Shown here piece by piece: positions 20,151-31,009 of a DNA stretch of 64,000 nucleotides. Made by a program: the position numbers and the translations under genes. Positions within the stretch are counted from its first letter, which is position 1; each line of letters begins with the position of its first letter. Under the pieces are notes generated by a model that did not search any database, was not told the DNA's origin, and saw nothing but the letters and a program-made list of their open reading frames with translations. Source of the DNA: an uncultured delta proteobacterium (GTDB taxonomy: Bacteria; Myxococcota_A; Polyangia; Polyangiales; Polyangiaceae); NCBI GenBank assembly GCA_963806225.1, contig CAWDXG010000004.1, positions 4,320,001-4,384,000 of the forward strand, in the 5' to 3' direction.

Positions 20151-20954
20151 GTGAGGAGGAAGCGCGCTTCCGGGTTGACCCTGTACGCCAGGTACGACAG
20201 GGAGCAGGTGCTCGAGGAGTTGGGGTTGCCGAAGAGGCCCGCCTACCTGGGCGGCGCATTCTTCACGGATGGCACCGTCAGCGCGTTGTTCGCGACGGTT
20301 GGTAGGAGCACGCAGGTATGCCACTTCCAGCGTACCGGCGAGTTCGAGTGGCGCATGAAGCCCGGCGGCCGGGTCCGCCGGCCTCCCGACACGGCACTGG
20401 GCGACATCTCGCTCCTATGCAAGTTGGAGGAGGACGAGAAGTTCACCTACCTCGGTCGCACCAGCATGCATCCTGCCGCGTGGGTGCGTGAGCAGACGAT
20501 GGTGTTGAGCCCGGCGCTGGATCCGAAGCAGTGGAAGCGTTGGGGAATAGGTCGATACCAGGGCTGGCAGGTAACCTTCGATGGCGAGACACGGCGCGTT
20601 TCGGATGCACGACAGCGGCAACGTCTCATCAGGTCGCTGCAGAAGTTGCCGTCGTGCGAGGTTTCGATGAACCGGCCGCAGGGCGATTGGGTTTTCTGCT
20701 TGCTGGAACCAACCAGGGGCTACGTCGGCATCCAACCCGACGAGCGGGGATGGATCGCGATCGAGAAGGCGACACGGCGCAAGACGCCGCACGGGGCAAC
20801 GGTACTGTTTCGCCTCGACAACGGTCAGGTCGACAAGGTCGCGATCGACCGGACAGTGAAGCGGGAAACCGCCATAGCCGTCATCGATCGGCTCCTGGCT
20901 GGGGATGACCGGCCCGACATCGTCAGATGGCGGCGAGCAACGCGCGCTCGTTGA
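20151..20954 (+). CDS. Hypothetical protein, possible DUF3427-like N-domain plus Imm1-like C-domain
   Basis: YDREQV...ALFAT...FEW...EKFTYLG; C-terminal FRLDNGQVD...TVKRETAIAVID; domain calls from recalled motifs only. Confidence 0.5.
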   Translation: MRRKRASGLTLYARYDREQVLEELGLPKRPAYLGGAFFTDGTVSALFATVGRSTQVCHFQRTGEFEWRMKPGGRVRRPPDTALGDISLLCKLEEDEKFTYLGRTSMHPAAWVREQTMVLSPALDPKQWKRWGIGRYQGWQVTFDGETRRVSDARQRQRLIRSLQKLPSCEVSMNRPQGDWVFCLLEPTRGYVGIQPDERGWIAIEKATRRKTPHGATVLFRLDNGQVDKVAIDRTVKRETAIAVIDRLLAGDDRPDIVRWRRATRAR

Positions 20955-21247
20955 TGAAGGTACTCACCCGTCGCGCCCCAGCCGGACTGTCCACGGGCGC
21001 AAGGCTGGGCTACGAACGCAGACGGCGAGGGCTGCGCTCGGCGATGCGATCGAGCCCGTAGGTAGGATGAACGCCCTCTGCTCGCTGCTCCTGGTTGCCC
21101 CACGTCACTCTCGCTGCCTCTGCCGGACAGACTACGCCGCGATCGAGCTCCGCGGAAGGCCCGCCGGCGTGGCGTCCGGCCCCCCGCGCGTCGCCCGCGC
21201 ACGACCACCCCGCCTCCGGTCGGATCTCCGCCCTCGCGAGCGCGCGT

Positions 21248-22879
21248 TCAGGGCACGTCGAACAGCTCCGCCTGCACGGGCTCTCCGAGCCGGCGGCGGA
21301 TGACGCGGCTCTTGAAGAAGGGTGGCCCCCTCGCGGGCGCGAGCGTGGGCGGCTCGGTCGGCTCGCCGAGCCAGCGGAGGTAGCGCACGATGCCGGCGGC
21401 GGTGACGACGAGGGCGCGGAGCTTCATCCTGCCGCCACAGTGCTCGCACCGCTCCACGTCGATTTTGAAGCTGCGGCGTAGCAACTCGCGCCATGGGCGA
21501 TATCCGCAGCGATGCGTGGGCGGCTTGTCCTTCGTGTTCGCGCACGTGGCGCAGTGCGCGTCGTCGTCGTTCTTGTCGTCGTCGTCGTCGCGCGGCGGCG
21601 GCGGAACAATGCGCGCTCTCCATTTGCTGTGTGCAGCGAGGACCCCGCCGTACCTCACCGTATTGAAACGCGGGGGATGCACGGCCGCCGCGAGTCGTGC
21701 CAGCAGGGACAGAGGGTCTAGATCGATTGCATAGGTTCCATCACTGAACGGCCGCTTCAGGATCAGCCGCACGAGATCGTCGCCGGCGAGCTGGACGCGC
21801 TCCTGCGAGATCGGCGGCCGCAGGATGTACTTGCAGAGCGCTTCCTTTCCCGCGGCGTCGGTGGCGCTCGCGGTGGTCGAGGCGTGCAGCGACAAACCGC
21901 CCAGGGTGGCGCAGAGCGCCTTGGTGTGGAGGAGCCTGGCTTCGCCGCGCAGCGTGATGGGATCGCGCCGGCGCAGCGCGGGTCCTGCCGGCACGGTGCC
22001 GAGCGTGGAGGCGACGGCGAGCTGGGCGAGCGCGGGCTCGCTCTCGGCGAGCGTCGCGTCCGCGCTGACAACGCTCGCGCCGCTGCCGCTGCCGCTGCCG
22101 CTGCCGCCGCTGCTCTCGTCGGCGTCCGCGATCACGCCTTTGCGTCGCAAGAGCGCGAGGATGCGCGCGCGGGCGATCTGCAGCACGTCGGCGACGTCGT
22201 CGTTGGTCAGGAAGGGCAGCGGATGGAAGCGGAGCTCGCCGCTCTCGTCCTCGGTGAACACCCCATCGAGACCGATCGAATGGAAATGTGGGTTGAGCCG
22301 GAAATCACTCGAGACGCGCTGCACGGCGGTGACGGCGCCGCTCCTGCCGCCGTCGATGCCGCGCTCGCGCAGGCGGCGGCGGTACCAGCGGAGCACCGAG
22401 TCGACGAAGGCGTGGCAGACCGCGCCGAGCAGCCCGGCGTCGTAGGCGAGCCGCGCCCTGAGCTCGAACGGCAGCGTGAGCACCCACTGCCTGAGCGGTA
22501 CGCCCGGCGGCAGAATGTGTTCCACAAGGTCCGCAGCGCCGGCCGCCATGCGGCGGCCCAGGCACGAGGGACACAAGGAGCGGCCTTTGCAGGAAAATGC
22601 GACGACCCTCCGCCTCTGGCAGTCGGGGCACGCAAGCACGGAAAATCCCCGCGCCAGGACCCCGCAGTCGATGTAGCGCTCGAGCTCGTCCTTGACGAAG
22701 CCGGAAAGCGGCGCGGCGAAGCCCTGCTCGGCGGCGGCGTAGAGCGTGCAGAGGTTGCCCTGCACCACGCGGTACAGGGCGGTCGCTTCCGGATGGCGGC
22801 GCGAGTACGTCGGCTTGGCGCGCGCGGCAGACGCGGCGGACGCGGCAGACGCGGCGGACACGGCGGACGCGGCAGACAC
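21248..22879 (-). CDS. IS91-family (HUH) transposase
   Basis: Zn finger CPDC...FSCKGRSLCPSC, RQWVLTLP, HUH motif NPHFH, single-Tyr KYILRP (ISCR-like), VRYGGVLA, C-terminal CEHC. Confidence 0.93.
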   Translation of the reverse strand: MSAASAVSAASAASAASAARAKPTYSRRHPEATALYRVVQGNLCTLYAAAEQGFAAPLSGFVKDELERYIDCGVLARGFSVLACPDCQRRRVVAFSCKGRSLCPSCLGRRMAAGAADLVEHILPPGVPLRQWVLTLPFELRARLAYDAGLLGAVCHAFVDSVLRWYRRRLRERGIDGGRSGAVTAVQRVSSDFRLNPHFHSIGLDGVFTEDESGELRFHPLPFLTNDDVADVLQIARARILALLRRKGVIADADESSGGSGSGSGSGASVVSADATLAESEPALAQLAVASTLGTVPAGPALRRRDPITLRGEARLLHTKALCATLGGLSLHASTTASATDAAGKEALCKYILRPPISQERVQLAGDDLVRLILKRPFSDGTYAIDLDPLSLLARLAAAVHPPRFNTVRYGGVLAAHSKWRARIVPPPPRDDDDDKNDDDAHCATCANTKDKPPTHRCGYRPWRELLRRSFKIDVERCEHCGGRMKLRALVVTAAGIVRYLRWLGEPTEPPTLAPARGPPFFKSRVIRRRLGEPVQAELFDVP

Positions 22880-22891
22880 ACCGCGCGCCTG

Positions 22892-22907
22892 CGCAAGCGG
22901 CGTGCCG
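22892..22907 (-). promoter_or_regulatory. Possible sigma-54 promoter for the transposase
   Basis: CGGCACGCCGCTTGCG (GG-N10-GC) 13 bp upstream of the GTG start; conserved in the second copy. Confidence 0.4.
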
Positions 22908-23509
22908 GCACGGCGGAGCGGTGATTCGCGCTATTTCGTGCGCGCGGCGGGGTGGCGACACGGCGGTCCGCCGGTGGCGGCCGCCAGCGCGACGCGCTCG
23001 GCTCCGTGGGGCCCCCTGTACCGGCCGGGCGCTTCGCCCGGCCTTGGCGGGCAAGCCCAAGACGATCACCCCTTCACGCCACCCGCCGAAGTCGTCGATG
23101 GACGTGCCGTCGCCCGTGTAGTTGCCGTACTGGTCGAACGGCAGCTCGCCGCGCTGGGTAGCGCCGCCAAGGCCCGGCGGCTTGGTCTGCGGGGGTTGGA
23201 CGACGCGGAAGGGGTGGCGGACGCGGCCGGCCGCCATGCGGCGGCCCAGGCACGAGGGACACAAGGAGCGGCCTTTGCAGGAGCCCATGACGCAGGAAGC
23301 GCGGGACGATCAACTCCGAGCATGGAAAGCCCGCAGCGAGGGGCGCAGAAGTGCCGAGTACGCGCTCGGGGAGGAGTATGGCGATGGCTGGGCCCAGCAT
23401 GCTGCCGACCTGAGCGAGATGGCGGCTATCATCCACGAGCAGGTTATCCCCGACTTCGAGCACGACAACTGGCTCCGGCTGCTTCGTGCGTATCCCAGCA
23501 TCCTTCCGT

Positions 23510-24250
23510 TCATGCAGGCCCAGGAATCCTACGTCTCCACCAACACCTTCTTCGTGAAGGGCTTTCTGGAAGGAGCGGTGCGGCGCTGGAAGAGCGCCAT
23601 GAGCCCGCCGGCCAGAAGTCGCGCTTGCCGTGTGCTTCGTACCTTTGTCCGAAGACCTGCAAGATGCGGCGCGCAAGAAAGTTGACGTTCAGCTTGTCCT
23701 CGGCCGCTTGAGCCTCGGCGTCGGCCTGCTTTTTCCGGAGCGCCAGCAGCTCGTCGACATCGTCTACATCTCGGAGCAGCTCGATGTCGTCCGGTCGGTT
23801 CCACTGCACGATGTCATCGCCTTGATCCGAAAACTTCGCGTTCGCGAGCTTGCCGAGGTCAATAACCGCGTCCACGAGCGCCGGAGGCTTGGTGTCAGCT
23901 GAGTCCGCACGTTCTCGTAGTTCGCGCCAGGTGTAATAACGGAATGCGCCTTCAGCGTCGTACTTGTCGTGCAGCAGGCGCAGAACCAACCTGAACCACC
24001 GCCGCACGGCCTCTCCTTGGGAAGACGCAAGAAGTCCGGTGAGTGTGATGCCGTACTGGTCCTTCAGGTTGCTGTTGACCTTCACGGCGAACTCGGGGCA
24101 CAGGGACTCCACGATCCGCTTCTTCTCTTCGAGACTTGCGCCCGGCGCGGCTTTTCGTAGATCGATGCCCGACACGGACGACCAGAAGTTGGCGCTCTTT
24201 CTTGTGGCCAGGTCGTCGAGTACTGCCTGCTGGTCGGGGGAAAGCGACAT
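23510..24250 (-). CDS. Hypothetical protein, 3' end probably truncated at 23610
   Basis: Long ORF with lower GC and natural composition; last codons run into the duplicated block. Confidence 0.55.
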   Translation of the reverse strand: MSLSPDQQAVLDDLATRKSANFWSSVSGIDLRKAAPGASLEEKKRIVESLCPEFAVKVNSNLKDQYGITLTGLLASSQGEAVRRWFRLVLRLLHDKYDAEGAFRYYTWRELRERADSADTKPPALVDAVIDLGKLANAKFSDQGDDIVQWNRPDDIELLRDVDDVDELLALRKKQADAEAQAAEDKLNVNFLARRILQVFGQRYEAHGKRDFWPAGSWRSSSAAPLLPESPSRRRCWWRRRIPGPA

Positions 24251-24290
24251 GGAATGTGACAGATGATACCACTTGGCAACGTCGAAGCAG

Positions 24291-25068
24291 CTACGTCACT
24301 TTCTTCCAAGCGCCATACAATTGGTCGAGGGACTTGGCGTTCGCATCGAAGCCATCGGCGGGCCTGATGCCATGGTGCTCGCACTCGGCGGCGTAGTTGG
24401 TCGTGGCTGTTCGGAGCCAGGTCGTGATCCGACGTAGACCGACCTTCTGGCTGATCGGTCGCATTCTTCCAGCGTCTTCATAGGGCGGGAGATACGAAAT
24501 CTCGTCGTCGGGCTCGTCACGAGAGAAGTCGGACGTCCGGGTGCCACGTGTCAGCGAATGCACGACGGCGCACCTCGTCAGCGAGTAGAGCAGCGCGGGG
24601 TACGTGTATCGTTCCCTCGCCAACTTCTCGATGTCGTTCTCCGGGGCCAGAGCAGGCTCCTTGTTGACAAGCTCGTCCCACTCGCAGTCCAGGTGAGCAA
24701 AGGGGCTGGCCTGAAACTCGAACGAGGAGGTCGCTTCCTGTGCGGGGTTCACGTCCCTCGCGAGAAGGAGCCGCCTCGCGACCTCGTGGAGCCGAGCAGG
24801 CCCGATTGCCAGGATGTCCTCCGCCAGGAAGACCACCGCAATCTTCCTCGTGTCCGGGTCCCCCGCATAGCGCTGGACGAACTGCGAGAGACGCTCCGCC
24901 CCGTTGATGCGTTTGAGCTTGTGGTCGTGTTCTCGGATATTGGCGAGCGCATCGAGGGCAACGGTGGCAATGAGCACCGCCTCGTGACGCCATCCGTCCC
25001 GGTAGAGATGCTCGGCGAGATCAGCACGCTCGTGGAAGTAGCGTTCGAAGGTTTCGGGGTCAGGCATG
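24291..25068 (-). CDS. Hypothetical protein
   Basis: ~259-aa ORF MPDPETFERYF..., helical, contains an RCAVVH (RxxxxH, HEPN-like) motif. Confidence 0.6.
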
Positions 25069-25325
25069 ATGGGCTCGTTCGAGTGCTCTCCGACTGCACA
25101 TCGGCTCACTGCGCGTAGATCGTGTACCCGTACCCGTTCCCGACAGGCGGGACGACGACTTCCAGTCTCCAGCCCTTGAGCCCCACCGTCTTCTTCGCGG
25201 TCTTCGTGCCGCCGGTCAACAACGTCTGGCGGAGCGCTGCTGGCACGGGCTGACCGACGACCTTCTCGGTCAGAAAGGCGGGCAAGCGTCCCGAGAAAGC
25301 TCCGGCGTCGATCGTCGGCAGGTCG

Positions 25326-25874
25326 TCAGTGGCCGAGGATGCAGTTGTTGACTGCATCCCACTCCTGCTGGCACAGGTTGGGCTGGAGCTGGGAGACACC
25401 ATGCGAGTCACAGTAGAACCCACACGGTCCGTAGGACGCGGCGCACTGTTGCAAGGCGTCGAACTCGGCCGTGCATTGCGGGACCTTCGCGCGCCCGCTT
25501 TCGCAGTCGGGCACGCACTGGGCGTACGTCATGTCGTTCGGGCACGACAGCGCTGCCGGATCGCTGCATACCTGCTCGCAGGCCGTGAGCGCGCCGGCGT
25601 CCGAGCCCGCGTCGACCTGTGCCGCCCCGGCGTCGGTGGTCGAGGGGAAACAGTTGCTGGCTCCTCCGGTGCCCGCTGTTGCGCCATCCTGGCCTGTCGG
25701 ACTTCCCCCTGTGCCGGTGTTCCCCGCGCCGCCACCGTCCGCCGTCGCGCCGCCCGCGCCGCCCGCGCCCCCCGTCGTGCTGCCACCTCCAGCGCCGCTG
25801 CTATGCGCGCTGCATGCGAGCAGAACAGCGCCGAGAAGTGGGAGCGACAACCTCCAATTCCGGTACGCATGCAT
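25326..25874 (-). CDS. Gly/Cys-rich lipoprotein
   Basis: Lipobox LLAC, Gly-rich linker, Cys-rich C-domain. Confidence 0.75.
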   Translation of the reverse strand: MHAYRNWRLSLPLLGAVLLACSAHSSGAGGGSTTGGAGGAGGATADGGGAGNTGTGGSPTGQDGATAGTGGASNCFPSTTDAGAAQVDAGSDAGALTACEQVCSDPAALSCPNDMTYAQCVPDCESGRAKVPQCTAEFDALQQCAASYGPCGFYCDSHGVSQLQPNLCQQEWDAVNNCILGH

Positions 25875-25886
25875 GGTCGGATGGCC

Positions 25887-26402
25887 TCAGTCCTTTACGC
25901 AGATCCCGCGATTGCAGCTTTCGCTCTTGGGACAGAACTGGCAGTGCGACCCCGTCGGACAGTAGCTGTTCGGGTCTCCCGAAAATCCATCCAACACGCG
26001 GGGATCGGGACACGAGATGATGCGGCAGGCGTGTTCGGCCAGGTCGCAGACCTGGTAGGCCCACGGGCAGTCCGCTTGCGACGAGCACTTGACCAGGCAG
26101 TGGGGGTTCGAGGGCACCGAGTAGGTTCCTGCCTGGTCGCAGGTCCAACCATTCGGGCACGCACCGCCGCCGAAGCAAAGTCCGGCGTCGGGCTGCGTGC
26201 AGATCCCGACTTGGTGCAGGGGCCCCACGCCATCTGCCTGCGTGACACAGCTCATCCCATCGCCGCACTCGATATCATTCGGTTGCGGCGACCCCGACCA
26301 GTAGCCGCAAGTAGCGCCTGGCTGTCGCGTCGTGGTGACGCCCGAGGGAGACGACGAGCAGCCCACGACGAGCAGCAGCGCCACCAGGAACCCCGGTCTC
26401 AC
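25887..26402 (-). CDS. Cys-rich lipoprotein
   Basis: GTG start, RPGFLVALLLVVGC lipobox, many Cys; 4-bp overlap with upstream gene. Confidence 0.7.
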   Translation of the reverse strand: MRPGFLVALLLVVGCSSSPSGVTTTRQPGATCGYWSGSPQPNDIECGDGMSCVTQADGVGPLHQVGICTQPDAGLCFGGGACPNGWTCDQAGTYSVPSNPHCLVKCSSQADCPWAYQVCDLAEHACRIISCPDPRVLDGFSGDPNSYCPTGSHCQFCPKSESCNRGICVKD

Positions 26403-26938
26403 GCGCGCCTCCGCCGCCTTCTGCGGCCGACGTACACCACCGGAAACATCAGCAACCCGAACAGCGGTGCACTTCCGACCGCCGCGCCCATGACCGGATA
26501 GCAGTTGCAGCCGCCGCCGAAGGACGACACGTGCCCCTTGACCGTCACGGTGTGGGTCACTCCGTCGCTGGTGACAAGGTGCACGGTCCAGATCTTGTCG
26601 CCCGTGGTGCTCGTCATCCACGTCACGAGCCCCATTGGCGCGCCAGCGTCGACCGTGTGGCAAGCGGGGTCCTGAATGCACACTGAGCGGTCGGGGACCT
26701 CGATCGCGTCGGTGCAGTTGTTGAAGATCTGCAGGAAGCCGTGGCACTGACAGCCATTCCCGCCGCTTACGATCCTGACGCATGCCGGAAGCGCAGGATC
26801 CACCTGTGCGGGTTCGACCGTGATGTCGCACGGGTTCTCGCAGCCCGCCATGGCGCACCGGGTCCCGAACAGCGCGCCCACCGCAAATAGGCCGCCGACG
26901 AGCGCGCGCTGAATGCAATGGTACCGGGACCCTTTCAT
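26399..26938 (-). CDS. Secreted protein with MYXO-CTERM-like tail
   Basis: Signal peptide; C-terminal GGGCNC + TM helix + RRRRRRR. Confidence 0.7.
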   Translation of the reverse strand: MKGSRYHCIQRALVGGLFAVGALFGTRCAMAGCENPCDITVEPAQVDPALPACVRIVSGGNGCQCHGFLQIFNNCTDAIEVPDRSVCIQDPACHTVDAGAPMGLVTWMTSTTGDKIWTVHLVTSDGVTHTVTVKGHVSSFGGGCNCYPVMGAAVGSAPLFGLLMFPVVYVGRRRRRRRA

Positions 26939-26951
26939 GCGGACGATCGTA

Positions 26952-27608
26952 TCATGCTCCGTGCGCGAGCACGTACTCCGTGTCGCCTCGCAGGAGATCG
27001 GCCGCATTGACGGAGATGTGCTTGCCCTCCTGTGCATCGATCTCCCGGATGAGCGCCTGCAGGTTGTGTTGGGCGCTGTGGATCAGGCTCTCGCCGAAGC
27101 CGGCGGAATCGATCTCGCCCCGCTGAACCAGCTCGGTGACCAATGCTTGGAGGCTCTCCCGGGTCGCAATCAGATTGAACGTAACCGAGCGCCTCGTCGT
27201 CCACCCCGCCACGTCCTTTGCCGTGATATCCAGCGTGTGGGGGCCTAGAGTGAACCAAAGCAGATCGACGCTCTCTCCGTTCGCTACGGCAGATCCGTCG
27301 AGGGTCCCGCCCACACTGGAGAGGCCGGACCCGGGAGCCGGATCGCTCGCCGAAAAGTCGACGACGAACGGGTCGACACGCGTGTAGTCGGCTCGTGCGA
27401 CGGCAGAGATGACCGGCGACCGGGTGTCGATCTTCAACTCGTCGCTCTTGGCCAACTCCACGTTCTTCGCGTTGTCCTTGGCGCGGTAGTAGAGGGTGGT
27501 ATCGCCTTCGTCCGAATACGTGAAAGGAGCGCTGTACTCGGTCCACGTCACCTTGTCGTGGCTCGTCTCGATGGCGGCAATCCCGGTGCTACTGAAGTCC
27601 TGAGCCGT
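26952..27608 (-). pseudogene. 3' fragment of a large Ig-like-domain extracellular protein
   Basis: WTEYSAPF...YYRAKDNAKNVE...IDTRSP, LGPHTLDITAKDVAG; open frame ends at the element end at 27609. Confidence 0.65.
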
Positions 27609-29505
27609 GCCCGTAGGTAGGATGAACGCCCTCTGCTCGCTGCTCCTGGTTGCCCCACGTCACTCTCGCTGCCTCTGCCGGACAGACTACGCCTCGATCG
27701 AGCTCCGCGGAAGGCGCGCCGGCGTGGCATCCGGCCCCCCGCGCGTGGCCCGCGCACGACCACCCTGCCGCCGGTCGGATCCCCGCCCTTGCGAGCGCGC
27801 GTTCAGGGCACGTCGAACAGCTCCGCCTGCACGGGCTCTCCGAGCCGGCGGCGGATGACGCGGCTCTTGAAGAAGGGTGGCCCCCTCGCGGGCGCGAGAG
27901 TGGGCGGCTCGGTCGGCTCGCCGAGCCAGCGGAAGTAGCGCACGATGCCGGCGGCGGTGACGACGAGGGCGCGGAGCTTCATCCTGCCGCCACAGTGGTC
28001 GCAGTGCTCCACGTCGATTTTGAAGCTGCGGCGGAGCAACTCACGCCACGGACGATATCCGCAGCGGTGCGTGGGCGGCTTGTCCTTTGTGTTCGCGCAC
28101 GTGGCGCAGTGCGCGTCGTTGTCGTTCTTGTCGTCGTCGTCGTCGCGCGGCGGCGGCGGAACAATGCGCGCTCTCCATTTGCTGTGTGCAGCGAGGACCC
28201 CGCCGTACCTCACCGTATTGAAACGCGGGGGATGCACGGCCGCCGCGAGTCGTGCCAGCAGGGACAGAGGGTCTAGATCGATTGCATAGGTTCCATCACT
28301 GAACGGCCGCTTCAGGATCAGCCGCACGAGATCGTCGCCGGCGAGCTGGACGCGCTCCTGCGAGATCGGCGGCCGCAGGATGTACTTGCAGAGCGCTTCC
28401 TTTCCCGCGGCGTCGGTGGCGCTCGCGGTGGTCGAGGCGTGCAGCGACAAACCGCCCAGGGTGGCGCAGAGCGCCTTGGTGTGGAGGAGCCTGGCTTCGC
28501 CGCGCAGCGTGATGGGATCGCGCCGGCGCAGCGCGGGGCCTGCCGGCACGGTGCCGAGCGTGGAGGCGACGGCGAGCTGGGCGAGCGCGGGCTCGCTCTC
28601 GGCGAGCGTTGCGTCCGCGCTGACAACGCTCGCGCCGCTGCCGCTGCCGCTCTCGTCGGCGTCCGTGATTACGCGCTTGCGTCGCAAGAGCGCGAGGATG
28701 CGCGCGCGGGCGATCTGCAGCACGTCGGCGACATCGTCGTTGGTCAGGAAGGGCAGCGGATGGAAGCGGAGCTCGCCGTCCGCGTCCTCGACCCGCTCCT
28801 GCCGCCGTCGATGCCGCGCTCGCGCAGGCGGCGGCGGTACCAGCGGAGCACCGAGTCGACGAAGGCGTGGCAGACCGCGCCGAGCAGCCCGGCGTCGTAG
28901 GCGAGCCGCGCCCTGAGCTCGAACGGCAAGGTGAGCACCCACTGCCTGAGCGGCACGCCCGGCGGCAGAACGTGTTCCACAAGGTCCGCAGCGCCGGCCG
29001 CCATGCGGCGGCCCAGGCATGATGGGCACAAGGAGCGGCCTTTGCAGGAAAACGCGACGACCCTCCGCCTCTGGCAGTCGGGGCACGCAAGCACGGAAAA
29101 TCCCCGCGCCAGGACCCCGCAGTCGATGTAGCGCTCGAGCTCGTCCTTGACGAAGCCGGAAAGCGGCGCGGCGAAGCCCTGCTCGGCGGCGGCGTAGAGC
29201 GTGCAGAGGTTGCCCTGCACCACGCGGTACAGGGCGGTCGCTTCCGGATGGCGGCGCGAGTACGTCGGCTTGGCGCGCGCGGCAGACGCGGCAGACGCGG
29301 CGAACGCGGCAGACGCGGCGGACACACCGCGCGCCTGCGCAAGCGGCGTGCCGGCACGGCGGAGCGGTGATTCGCGCTATTTCGTGCGCGCGGCGGGGTG
29401 GCGACACGGCGGTCCGCCGGTGGCGGCCGCCAGCGCGACGCGCTCGGCTCCGTGGGGCCCCCTGTACCGGCCGGGCGCTTCGCCCGGCCTTGGCGGGCAA
29501 GCCCA
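27609..29505 (-). mobile_element. Second IS91-like copy, HUH motif deleted
   Basis: Near-identical to 21054-23060; ~82-bp deletion at 28792 removes NPHFH and shifts frame (ORFs 28744-29325 and 27803-28792). Confidence 0.88.
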
Positions 29506-29732
29506 AGACGATCACCCCTTCACGCCACCCGCCGAAGTCGTCGATGGACGTGCCGTCGCCCGTGTAGTTGCCGTACTGGTCGAACGGCAGCTCGCCGCGC
29601 TGGGTAGCGCCGCCAAGGCCCGGCGGCTTGGTCTGCGGGGGTTGGACGACGCGGAAGGGGTGGCGGACGCGGCCGGCCGCCATGCGGCGGCCCAGGCACG
29701 AGGGACACAAGGAGCGGCCTTTGCAGGAGCCT

Positions 29733-30107
29733 ATGACGCAGGAAGCGCGGGACAATCAACTCCGAGCATGGAAAGCCCGCAGCGAGGGGCGCAGAAGTGC
29801 CGAGTACGCGCTCGGGGAGGAGTATGGCGATGGCTGGGCCCAGCATGCTGCCGACCTGAGCGAGATGGCGGCTATCATCCACGAGCAGGTTATCCCCGAC
29901 TTCGAGCACGACAACTGGCTCCGGCTGCTTCGTGCGTATCCCAGCATCCTTCCGTTCATGCAGGCCCAGGAATCCTACGTCTCCACCAACACCTTCTTCG
30001 TGAAGGGCTTTCTGGAAGGAGCGGTGCGGCGCTGGAAGAGCGCCATGAGCCCGCCGAGGCGTCCGTCTGCAACCAGGAAGAAGGGCGCTGCGAAGGAACC
30101 CTCATGA
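29733..30107 (+). CDS. Small hypothetical ORF carried with the element (partial copies at 23287-23610 and 39537-39710)
   Basis: MTQEARDNQLRAW...FLEGAVRRWKSAM; repeated three times; may be 5'-truncated. Confidence 0.5.
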   Translation: MTQEARDNQLRAWKARSEGRRSAEYALGEEYGDGWAQHAADLSEMAAIIHEQVIPDFEHDNWLRLLRAYPSILPFMQAQESYVSTNTFFVKGFLEGAVRRWKSAMSPPRRPSATRKKGAAKEPS

Positions 30108-30689
30108 GCACCAGCCTGGCCTGCGGATCTCGCCTGGAGCCGCTCCGCCCTCGCCGGCATCCGCACTCTCCGCCGTCGCACCGCCGTCGGGCGAAAGCTC
30201 GCTGGCCTTGACGCGGCGCCCTTCATACGCGGCGTCCGCCGTCGCGTGCTCGATGGACTCGATGCGGAAGGTCGCCCAGCGCCGGCGCGCGCGCGCGGCC
30301 TCGGGAACGTTGTCGCCCACGTCGAGCCAGTTCCTGGCCTGTCGTGTCGGTTCCTCGGCGTCGCCGGCGTCCGCGTCGGCGTTCATGAGCACCGACGCCA
30401 GATCCATGCTCACGGTTCCGCGCGTCTTCGTCAGATCGAGCAGGTCGACCTGCAGCTCGCCCCGCGCGACCCGCAGCGTGCCGCTCGGCGCGGCCTTCTT
30501 CGCCTTCAGCGTGAAGCTCGCGCGCCCTTGGGGCTGGATCGTGTAGCGCACCGTCAAGCTGGGCCGCGCAGCGCTCGGCGCCGGGTGCGCGCGCCACGGA
30601 GCGCTGTGCGCGGGCGCCGCGGACTTGTCGTGTTTCTTCGAGCAGGCGGCGAGCGCCAGGACGGCGACGACAACGAGCAGGCGGCGCAT
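30102..30689 (-). pseudogene. 5' part of YceI-like lipoprotein, 3'-truncated
   Basis: Lipobox LAAC; GELQVDLLDLTKTRGTVSMDLAS...NWLDV...ATFRIESI; exact copy at 39705-40292. Confidence 0.6.
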
Positions 30690-31009
30690 CGGGCTCCGCC
30701 CGTGCGATGAACTCCACTCGAACCCGACCGCAATCGATGCGGGTCGTATGCGCCATTCTTCCCGGTATCGGTCGCGGCCGTGAGCCCTGTCCGTGGCAAC
30801 GTCGGCCAACCAGAACCCGAGCAGGGCCGCTCCGAGGTAGCCGGTCGCGGCCTGGTCTGCAGCGCTGTAGTCGCGCCGAGCCGAAGAAGGTGCGACTTGA
30901 TTGAGGGGAGCCGGATGCGGAATTCCGCACGTCCGGATCTGCTGGGCGGTGATGATGGCAGGGGCGCCGCACGCGGGAAAGGGTCAGCGACAGCGCGGGG
31001 AGGTAGCTC

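Larger units (their letters stand above)
21054..23060 (-). mobile_element. IS91/ISCR-like rolling-circle element, apparently intact
   Basis: GCCCGTAGGTAGGATGAACGCC end 190 bp downstream of transposase; hairpin GGCCGGGCG-CTT-CGCCCGGCC + TTGGCGGGC upstream (23023-23052). Confidence 0.85.

Noticed and set aside
22826..22879. 9-bp tandem repeat as a regulatory array
   Set aside because: Encodes the low-complexity SAA N-terminus of the transposase; copy number varies by slippage
27803..29755. 650-aa intact transposase
   Set aside because: Chimeric ORF created by the 82-bp deletion; lacks the HUH motif, and its N-terminus comes from the duplicated 57-bp piece
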